Assembly (NCBI GenBank): GCA_040260805.1
Contig: JBDQPD010000052.1
Coordinates: 1-23,148 of the forward strand
DNA length: 23,148 nt
Source: Myxococcota bacterium
Lineage (GTDB): Bacteria > Myxococcota > UBA4151
Direction: 5' to 3'
This document shows positions 6,025 to 14,000 of the stretch, in pieces; the first letter of the stretch is position 1; the number at the start of each line of letters is the position of its first letter. The notes below the pieces were generated by a model, which ran no database searches, was not told the origin of the DNA, and saw nothing but the letters and a program-made list of their open reading frames with translations. Made by a program: the position numbers and the translations under genes.

Positions 6025-7740
6025 ATGGTTCAGGTTGATGGGTTGTGGCGGGTATTTGTCGCCTCGGGTTTGATTCTAAGTGGCGCGTGCTCAGAGCAGG
6101 TGGTGGTGCGCGAGACCGAGGCAAGCTGTGGCAACGCTCAGCTTGAAACTGGCGAGCAGTGCGATGACGGAAACGCAGTCAACTCGGACGGATGCAGCAA
6201 CGCGTGCGAGCTGCCCCAATGCGGCGATGCCGTCACTCGGACCGATCTGATGGTTGGAGAGGATGGGTTTGAAGCGTGCGATGATGGCAACGATGATGAT
6301 CAAGATGCCTGCACCAATAATTGTGTCGTGGCGTATTGCGGCGATGCGATCCTGCGAGCTGACGTCTCTGAGGGAAGTCCTGGGTTCGAATCGTGCGATG
6401 ACGGCAATGAGGTCAGCACCGACGCATGCCTTGCTAATTGCGTCGCCGCTCGCTGCGGCGACGGCGTGGTGCGAGCTGATCTAGACGAGGGCGATCTCGG
6501 ATTCGAGGCTTGTGATGATGGCAACGATGACGACGGTGATTCGTGTTTGACCAGCTGCAAGCTTGCGGTGTGCGGTGACGGTATTTTGGGACCGGGCGAG
6601 GGCTGCGATGACGGCAACGATGACCCGACCGACGATTGCCATGAATGCGAGCCGCCAAGTTGCGGTGACGGCGTCGTCCAAGCTGGCGAGCGCTGCGATG
6701 ACGGCAACGAGGTCGACACCGACTCTTGCCTGACAACCTGCGCACCCGCTCGCTGCGGCGATGGAGCCCTCTGGGAGGGGGAGGAAGCTTGCGACGACGG
6801 CAACGCGGTCGACACGGACGCCTGCACCGCCGGATGTGTGGTGGCGCGTTGCGGCGATGGGGTGCTCTATATTGGCGAGGAAGCCTGCGATGACGCCAAC
6901 CTTGAGCCCGGTGACGGTTGCGATGGCGACTGCCGCCGAGAGGTCTGCGGTAATGGACGCCTTGACGTAGGCGAAGCCTGCGATGACGGTAACGACAACG
7001 AGTTTGATGCTTGCCGGTCTAATTGCACCGAGCCCCGCTGCGGTGATCAACTGCTGCACGAGGGCGAAGCCTGTGACGACGGCAACCAGATCGATACCGA
7101 TGAGTGTACGAATACGTGTCAAATCGCTCGTTGCGGCGACGGAATTGTGCGTGAAGGGCTTGAGCTAGGCGCGCCAGGCTACGAAGCCTGCGATGACGCG
7201 AATGAGCTCGACACCGACGCCTGCCTGTCGTCATGTCAGGAGGCTTCGTGCGGTGACGGTCTGGTGCACGAGGGCGTCGAGGCGTGCGACGACGGCAACC
7301 AGATCAATACGGACGCTTGTCTAGAGAACTGCGTCGCCGCAAGCTGCGGTGATGGGCATGTTCAAGCCGGACAAGAGGCTTGCGACGACGGCAATGTTCA
7401 AGATGACGACGGCTGCTCGGGAGTGTGTCAGACCGAAGGAAACCAGCATGATGAGCTGTGCGGGCAGCATCTGCACGTAGCTCCAGAGCAGGTTCGAGCG
7501 GGCTGGACCCTTTGTTACATCCGCGGGAATGATCCCAACTGGTTGCGCTCAGCGGCGTGCAGCGCCACTTTTCCATCAGCCGGTAAAACCTATGGTTGCT
7601 GGCACGGGCGCAGCACTTTTCCGCATCAAAACAACAACCAGATGCTCGAGAACGCATGCCGTGGCGGGGTCCAAAACGGGACACGTTACAACAGCTGGGG
7701 CGGAACCGATCACATCTTAACGATCTGTATTCAGCATTAA
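6025..7740 (+). CDS. Lipoprotein with 13 Myxococcus cysteine-rich repeats (DUF4215/TIGR02232-type) and an unknown ~95 aa C-terminal tip domain
   Basis: GAGG RBS; signal ends LILSGA|C. Contains 13 CG(D/N)...E.CDD(G/A)N....D.C...C units. The tip runs LCGQHLH...GWTLCY...YGCWHG...HILTICIQH. Confidence 0.9.
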   Translation: MVQVDGLWRVFVASGLILSGACSEQVVVRETEASCGNAQLETGEQCDDGNAVNSDGCSNACELPQCGDAVTRTDLMVGEDGFEACDDGNDDDQDACTNNCVVAYCGDAILRADVSEGSPGFESCDDGNEVSTDACLANCVAARCGDGVVRADLDEGDLGFEACDDGNDDDGDSCLTSCKLAVCGDGILGPGEGCDDGNDDPTDDCHECEPPSCGDGVVQAGERCDDGNEVDTDSCLTTCAPARCGDGALWEGEEACDDGNAVDTDACTAGCVVARCGDGVLYIGEEACDDANLEPGDGCDGDCRREVCGNGRLDVGEACDDGNDNEFDACRSNCTEPRCGDQLLHEGEACDDGNQIDTDECTNTCQIARCGDGIVREGLELGAPGYEACDDANELDTDACLSSCQEASCGDGLVHEGVEACDDGNQINTDACLENCVAASCGDGHVQAGQEACDDGNVQDDDGCSGVCQTEGNQHDELCGQHLHVAPEQVRAGWTLCYIRGNDPNWLRSAACSATFPSAGKTYGCWHGRSTFPHQNNNQMLENACRGGVQNGTRYNSWGGTDHILTICIQH

Positions 7741-8213
7741 GGGATCGGGCAGCCCTGCACCTCGATCAAACGGTCGAGCTCTGCCTTTTGAGCTGTGTTC
7801 ATTTGGGCTTCATTGGCGCACAGCCAAAGCCCTCGGCAGTTCGGCGTGCCCACAGGGTAGGGAGTTTGAGACAGGCTAAACCCACTGAGCGCTTTACCGC
7901 AGTAGCGAAAAGAGCATTTGGTGTTCCAGTTTGGCTTTGTCAGGGTACGCGTACCCGCGCTCAGTAAGCCCAAAAAGCAGCCGATTAATGCGACGCCTTT
8001 GAACACTTTTTTGAGCGCTCCATGACCGACTAGCGAGGTCCTGGATTTGCCGCCAACCAGGAAGCCGACGGCTCCAGTGACGAGATAAAAGAGCAGTGGA
8101 AAGCCTACGCAGAACACCTCCAACAGGAGATCCAAGCAGGCGAGACCAGAGGCAAAGAATCCTGCGCCGATTAGATTGTAGCGATCCAGATTGAGGGTTT
8201 TACCTTTGGTCAC
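7737..8213 (-). CDS. Hypothetical membrane protein (about 3 TM segments) with a Cys-containing C-terminal domain
   Basis: GTG start with GGAG upstream. Hydrophobic segments are LIGAGFFASGLACLDLLL, VFCVGFPLLFYLVTGAVGFLVG and VALIGCFLGLLSA, followed by CSFRYC...PNCRGLWLCANE...GCPIP. It fills the gap between neighbouring genes. Confidence 0.7.
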   Translation of the reverse strand: MTKGKTLNLDRYNLIGAGFFASGLACLDLLLEVFCVGFPLLFYLVTGAVGFLVGGKSRTSLVGHGALKKVFKGVALIGCFLGLLSAGTRTLTKPNWNTKCSFRYCGKALSGFSLSQTPYPVGTPNCRGLWLCANEAQMNTAQKAELDRLIEVQGCPIP

Positions 8214-8255
8214 GATGAGTCGACTCCAAGCCTTGGGCTACGATGCTTAGCGATG

Positions 8256-9005
8256 TTAGCGTCGACAGGCGCCCTCATGATCAAAGGCTGCGCCAGCCTC
8301 TCGTCGTTCGCAATCGTTGCCGTAGGTCTGTCCATCACAACCGCAAACCGGTCGGTACTCTCGAGTGCACATGCCGCGCTCGTTAGGGACGCAGACACCC
8401 TCTAAAGCGTCACCGCATTGCTCATTGGCGCTGAGGTCGCAGCGCTGTCCGCGGCCGCATTCGACCTGGTTGGCGCCGCCGCAGTTGCCGACGGGCCGAG
8501 CGCATTCGCCTTCATGATCGAGGGCCACATAAGCTCCCCTCCGCTCGCAGTCGTTGCCGTAGGTCTGTCCATCGCAACCACAAACCGGCGCAAAGACTCC
8601 CGGGCAGGGGTTGTTACGAGGCTCAACGCAGACGCCGCGCAGGTCGTCACCGCATTGCAGGTGCTGACTGCGGTCGCAGACCAAGCCGTCAGCACATAAG
8701 CGCTCACGCGCACCGCCGCAGCCGGCCGGATCGACGTGACCTGCGTCTTGCGCTGGCGAGCCCACGTCCTCGACCGGTTCACCCGCATCAACGATCGCAG
8801 CGCCTGTATCGGTGCTGGTCGTGGCGTCAGGCACAACGCTTGCGTCCGGACGAGTCGCAGCGTCCTCGACCGGCTCAGCGCCTGAATCAGGGACCATGCC
8901 GCTGTCCACGACGGGCGCAGGTCCCGTGTCTTGGGTTGCCGTTGTGGTCTCCGAAGCACAGGCGATCACGAGCGAGCAGACTAGAGCAAGGACGAGACGA
9001 GGCAT
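8256..9005 (-). CDS. Lipoprotein with two Kazal-type serine protease inhibitor modules
   Basis: AGGAG RBS; signal MPRLVLALVCSLVIA|C; acidic D-x-G linker. Kazal units are CPGVFAPVCGCDGQTYGNDC...HEGEC and CTREYRPVCGCDGQTYGNDC...HEGAC. Confidence 0.92.
   Translation of the reverse strand: MPRLVLALVCSLVIACASETTTATQDTGPAPVVDSGMVPDSGAEPVEDAATRPDASVVPDATTSTDTGAAIVDAGEPVEDVGSPAQDAGHVDPAGCGGARERLCADGLVCDRSQHLQCGDDLRGVCVEPRNNPCPGVFAPVCGCDGQTYGNDCERRGAYVALDHEGECARPVGNCGGANQVECGRGQRCDLSANEQCGDALEGVCVPNERGMCTREYRPVCGCDGQTYGNDCERREAGAAFDHEGACRR
8314..8588. repeat. Intragenic duplication with a 237-nt (79 aa) period in the Kazal gene
   Basis: TCGTTGCCGTAGGTCTGTCCATCrCAACCrCAAACCGG occurs at 8314 and 8551 (38 nt, 2 mismatches). 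Confidence 0.85.
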
Positions 9006-9030
9006 GAGCTTCTCCTAGAAGGCGAGCGGA

Positions 9031-9048
9031 GGGTTATCCGGGTTATCC
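9031..9048. repeat. 9-bp tandem direct repeat GGGTTATCC x2 upstream of the Kazal gene
   Basis: Seen directly, 26-43 nt upstream of ATG 9005. A regulatory role is unproven. Confidence 0.5.
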
Positions 9049-9077
9049 GACGAGCGCAACGCTCCAGCGTCTGACGC

Positions 9078-10436
9078 CTAGTCGTCCGGACAACCCCAAC
9101 CGGTCATGATCGCTGACGGGTCGTAATCGCACCAACCCCACTCCCTAAGCTGCTCTGGGCAATCTTGTGTCGCTGTCGTCACCGGGTTCGAGGGGAGTTC
9201 GCAGGCGGTTTGTGGGTCGAGACAAAACGCCGACTGCTCGATGCGAAAATTCAGATGAAAGTTTTGAGTGTACATGATGTAGCCGTCCCAGCGAAAACCC
9301 GGGTTGTTGCATTGCACCAAACCGATGCCGACGCGCGTGTTGCGCGGGTCCAAGATGGCGCCGCGATGACCGGTGCAGGTCGGCTCCGCCATAAAAGCAT
9401 GGCTCGCCGAGGAGGCATGTCGGTTGACCGCAATATTTTCGGCGACCGGGACATTAAAACCCATTAATTCAGCGCGCTGTGACGGGTTTCGACCGTCTGG
9501 GTTGACGTGCGCAAAGAACCCTCGATCGCACATATCTTGGGAGTGCGCCTTGGCGACTAAGTACATGTCCGGGTCCCAGCGTGCCGGCACCGCATGACCC
9601 GACTCGTCGGCAAACAACGCACGGTCCTGGTTGATGTAGCGCAGCATCAAACAGGCTTCGGCTCGATGTTCGTCGTCGTCTGCGTGAGGACCATTTAGGC
9701 ACGCCTCGATGGGGTCGGCTTCGCATTGACCTTGAGCGCATACGTTGCTCACGCAATCATCGTTTCGCTCGCAGGGGGTCCCCGCTGGGCAAGCTGACTC
9801 ACACGAGCCGCCGCAGTCTAGGGCGCGCTCATTACCGTTGTGGATCCCGTCGTCGCAGCTCGCCTCTTGGCACTGTTGATCTTGGCACGAGCTGCTGATG
9901 CAGTCTGAGCCCTCTTGGCAGCGCAAGCCTGCGCTGCACGCTTGGGCGCAGTCTCCGCCGCAGTCTAGATCAGTCTCTTGCCCGTTGTGGACCCCGTCAT
10001 CGCAGCTTGCCGGGCGGCAGAGTCCTTCACCGCAGACGAGACTCTGGCAGTCTAACCCCGAGCTACAGCGGGCCGAATCGGCGCAGGTGCTGCCGCAAAG
10101 ACCGCCGCAATCGACATCCGCTTCGTCTTGGTTGCGCACACCGTCATCACAAAGCGCCTCAGCGCAGCGCTGGTCTTGGCACACTCCACTGACGCAGTCA
10201 GCCGCATCGACGCAGCGGTCGCCTGGACCACAGGGGGTGCACTCGCCCCCGCAATCGACGTCGGACTCGTCACCATCTTGAGCATTGTTTGTGCAGCTTG
10301 GATCGGGAAGGCCTGCATCGTTGGCTGCTGGGCTGACGTCCGAGTTTGAGGCGTCAGGAGCAGTGTCTGAGCCACCCGGTGGGCTACAACTCAACAGCCC
10401 CACCGCACCCACGAAAAATAAAATCTGTTTCGCCAT
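9078..10436 (-). CDS. Lipoprotein with four 8-Cys acidic repeats and a C-terminal CAP (SCP/PR-1) domain
   Basis: Signal ends GLLS|C. Four ~49 aa C.DG..N..E.D.DCGG.C...C..G..C....DC.S..C....C units are followed by the CAP motifs AKAHSQDM..RGFFAH..PDG, AENIA and GHR..ILD.....VGIG. Confidence 0.9.
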   Translation of the reverse strand: MAKQILFFVGAVGLLSCSPPGGSDTAPDASNSDVSPAANDAGLPDPSCTNNAQDGDESDVDCGGECTPCGPGDRCVDAADCVSGVCQDQRCAEALCDDGVRNQDEADVDCGGLCGSTCADSARCSSGLDCQSLVCGEGLCRPASCDDGVHNGQETDLDCGGDCAQACSAGLRCQEGSDCISSSCQDQQCQEASCDDGIHNGNERALDCGGSCESACPAGTPCERNDDCVSNVCAQGQCEADPIEACLNGPHADDDEHRAEACLMLRYINQDRALFADESGHAVPARWDPDMYLVAKAHSQDMCDRGFFAHVNPDGRNPSQRAELMGFNVPVAENIAVNRHASSASHAFMAEPTCTGHRGAILDPRNTRVGIGLVQCNNPGFRWDGYIMYTQNFHLNFRIEQSAFCLDPQTACELPSNPVTTATQDCPEQLREWGWCDYDPSAIMTGWGCPDD

Positions 10437-10480
10437 GGGCGATCCACTAGCACGCTTCTAAGGTTAGCGCATGCTGCCGA

Positions 10481-10798
10481 TCAGCCGGGCGTTAATCCAG
10501 CCGGAGTGCAGCTCGTCAGCGGACGCCAGGTCTGGCTTCGACACTCAAAGAATCGCGGGCAATCGATCGTCGTTTCGCAAGCGCAGATGTTGGGGTCGTC
10601 GGCGCGACATTCACCCGCTGCCATCAAGCGGCATTGGCCGGACACGGTGTCGCATGTCGCCGTCGTCGCACAGTCGGCTTGTGTGCTGCACGCTTTGGTC
10701 AACGCCAGAATTCCAGACGACATCTCGCTTGACCCTGTTTCATGGCAGCCTGTGCTCAAGGTCAGGAAGAATCCGATCACTACCGCTAAAGAACGCAT
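10481..10798 (-). CDS. Small Cys-rich lipoprotein (105 aa)
   Basis: ATG 10798 has a GAGG RBS and is preferred over the track start at 10876. Signal MRSLAVVIGFFLTLSTG|C; two C-x4-DC-x5-C units (CSTQADCATTATC, CETTIDCPRFFEC). Confidence 0.75.
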   Translation of the reverse strand: MRSLAVVIGFFLTLSTGCHETGSSEMSSGILALTKACSTQADCATTATCDTVSGQCRLMAAGECRADDPNICACETTIDCPRFFECRSQTWRPLTSCTPAGLTPG

Positions 10799-11057
10799 CG
10801 TCGTTGCCCCTCGTCGAATGAAATGCGTGGTTTGAGTCCGAAACACGCCGGTGCATGGCTTCGGCGGCGGCTGCACTAGAGGGGAGCGTGAAGGTTATCT
10901 ACTGATAAGTAGGAAAGTAGGGCGTTTGACCGATAAAATGGACGCCGGTGAGAGCAGGTTTTAGACCGCCCCCCAATCGAATTTATGAGCGTGCTTTATC
11001 CATACGCTCTGGATCACTTAGCGCTCTTGGGTTACAGCGTATGGGGGGCTATAAAGC

Positions 11058-14000
11058 GTGTTTAGAAACCTTGTTTGGCTTGGCTTACTTGGAGCGATCG
11101 CCTGCGGCGTGGGCACGCTTCCAGAGCTTCCCGCAGCGGCCACCGAGGACACCCCAAATAAGGTCGAGATTCTTGGCGTTTGGCCTGCACAGGGAGATGA
11201 CCAAATTGTGCCCGCAATGCTGGTTGTTGGGCGGGCTTATAAGCTCAAATTGCGCGTGAGCGGTTTGGGCGATGTGTTGCTTCCCAGCGAGCCTTTGGTA
11301 GCCAGCATCGAATCCGAAAGCTTTGAACGGGTGATCAGTTTCCCACGGGGCAACACCTGCATCACGCCAGCCGAGCCAGAATCAGCGGATGACGAGGGCG
11401 TTTGTACCATTGTCTTCTACGCTGAAGGTTTGGTGCGCGACGTCGGGATTATGGTCCGTGCTCAGCGGGCTTTAGCGGTGACGAAGTCCATTGACCTTGA
11501 GTTGCGCGCAGATCTCGCCTCGGCGCGTCTTCGCTTTATGGTTCCTGGGGTGGGCACAGCGACTTGGTTTCCTGGCGATGCAGACCCTTTGCCTGCGCTC
11601 CAGGCGATGGGGCTCTCGCTCGAAGAGGACCAAGCGACTCCTTTGGTCATTGAACTCAAAGATGCCTACGATAATCCGTTGGTTGGTCAGCGCGTGGAAT
11701 TAGCCGATTGGCTTGAGCCGCAGGCGCCCGTCCAACCTGAGCCGGATGCGGGAGTCGTTGACGATGGTGGCGTCTCGACGGACGTCTTGGTTTCTGAGGC
11801 TGGCGCTGTCGATACGCTCATCGTCGATGCTTCGTGGATGGACTCTGGATATCGGGATGCTGCGGTAGACGATGCTGGGGATGTCGGTGCAATAACCGAT
11901 ACCTCGAGCCAAGACGCTCCTAGCCGAGTCCTGCCCGACGCGAGCTTGAGATCAGACGTAGACGCTCTGGGTGATGGTCGTGGACTGGCATCGGGTAGGC
12001 TCGCTGACGGACGAGTGGCGGTGTATCGTCATGATGGCACGCGATGCGGCATCGAGGTTGACAATGATGCGCGTCATGAGGTGCTCAGCGATGCGCTAGG
12101 TCGAGCAACGTTTTGCCTCAAAGCCGGTGAGATTTTAGGCGCTTGGCAATTGGTGATCAAGCTTGACGAATTGATTGACCCACAAACCATCGCGGCGCGC
12201 AGCCAAGACGGTTTTGTCCTGAGCGGACGGACGCGCGCCGGGGAACCCGAGCGTTTAGTGCTTCTCGGTCACGACGATGAAGGCGATGAGCCGCTGACGC
12301 GCTGCGAAGCCGGTGACGTCACACCGCTCGAATATTTTCAGGTGCTTTCAGCCAGCGGGCGGCCGGTCGCTGGGGCGCTGGTTCAGATCCGGACCGAGGG
12401 CGGCGTGCGGCTGCAGTCGTTCGCCTCGCCGGTCAGCGATGACCAGGGCCGGGTCGTGGTTCAGGTCTCGTGCCCGATCACCATGCCGAACCGCAGCGTG
12501 ATTTTTGCTGAGCTCGACGGCGCCGCAGCGGGGGACGTGCGCAAGCGGGCGCAGCTTTTTGTCCGGCTGGAGGTCCAGCAGATCGAGCGTCTGCGGCTCA
12601 TGGTCGATCAGCCGGGACAGTCTGCACTTGGCATCGGGCGCGCCCGCGCCCTTGAGCCCTTCTACTTTCGTGTGCTGGCTGAGGGGACGCGCGGCACGCC
12701 CGCGGTGGCGAGCCGACTCAACCTGAGCGTCGTGGCGAGTCAGCCGAACAATCAATTGATGGCGCTGGTGAACGGTCAATGCGTGCCCGCTGCGGAGCGG
12801 AATCTCCACGGGCAGTCCCTCTACACCGACAGCGATGGGTTTGTCCGCTTTGGTCTGTGCGCCACCGGCTTGAGCACGGTGCTGCGCCCGATGAGTCTGT
12901 TGGTGAGCGCGCATGGTCAGACCGCACGGTTGACCGTCCCGATTACATTGGTCGCCGGTGATCCGGTGCGGGTCGCTGCGGATCCTCCCGGGCGCGTCAG
13001 CACGATGGTCGGCGGCGCCGCCGGGGCGCTCGATGTCGTGGTCTTGGATGAGGCGGGTAATGGCGTGCCGGGTGCGGTCGTTGAGGTCGTGCGACCGCCG
13101 GAGGTGGAGCTGACGCGCACGCAAGGTCAGACCAACGCCGTCGGTCGCTTCTCGACGTGGATCAGCGCTGTGACGCGTGCGGGTGCCTTCGACCTGACGC
13201 TACGCGCACGCAAAGGGGACTGGTCCGCCATCGCCGTCAAGACGGTCGCCGCAGGGGTAGGGGGCGCCGAGCGGATTCGCTTTGTCCAGAACAACCTGAC
13301 CCTCAACCCGGTGCTCGGCGCCAGCACCGTCGAGGTCGCGGTCGGCGAGTCCATCGCCCGGCCGCTGACCTTGCGGCTTGAGAATCGAGTCGGCGGGGGC
13401 GTTACGGGCGAAGGGATCGCGGCGTCGTTGGTTGAGGGTGAGCCGAACGCGTGCGGGCGCGTCGGGCTCGAAGGCCGGGTCACCGACGACGCAGGCGAGG
13501 TCATCTTTGGCGGTGAAGGCGGGGTTGCGCTGGAGGCGGGACCGACGGTGACCGAGTGCATCTGGCAGTTCAGCGCCGGGATTGAGGTGCAGGCGCGCTT
13601 GCGGCTGCGGCAGGTCGCGGGCGCGCCGTTTGGGGGGCGCCCAGAGGTGGATGAAGGCACCTCGCTCACGGCGCTTCAGCAAGCCCCGAGCGATTGGCAT
13701 CAAGAGGGGATCACAGCTGGCGTTCAAGTGCGCGCACAAGACCGCTTTGGGAACCCGCTAGCGGGTCTGCGGATGTGGCTCAACGCCACCAACTGCTGGA
13801 TCCAGCAGCCGCTGCAGCGGCTCGATGAGCACGGGCGAGGGACCTGGCGCGTCGCAGGCGGTCGCGACCACAACCAGCCCTGCACTCTGCATATGCGCTA
13901 CGCAGCTGGCGACTGGCAGGGTGCGCAACCCTTGGTGATCCCGATTCGGGGGCTGCCGGTGCCCACGATCCAGTGGCTCGACCGCTTCCTCGGTGAGACC

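Noticed and set aside
6127..7430. Periodic TGCGAYGAYGGCAAC DNA repeats resembling a CRISPR array (also 17540-18320)
   Set aside because: The repeats are in-frame coding units that vary at third codon positions and have ~90-117 nt periods. No cas genes are present.
7620..7740. AAC-rich 3' ends of stalk proteins (also 17260-17435) suggesting DGR variable regions
   Set aside because: No reverse transcriptase and no near-identical template repeat differing at adenines was seen in the window. A remote DGR cannot be excluded.
8210..8398. 62-aa minus-strand ORF whose stop overlaps the start at 8213
   Set aside because: It is mostly an alternative frame of the Kazal gene's 3' end and has no independent support.
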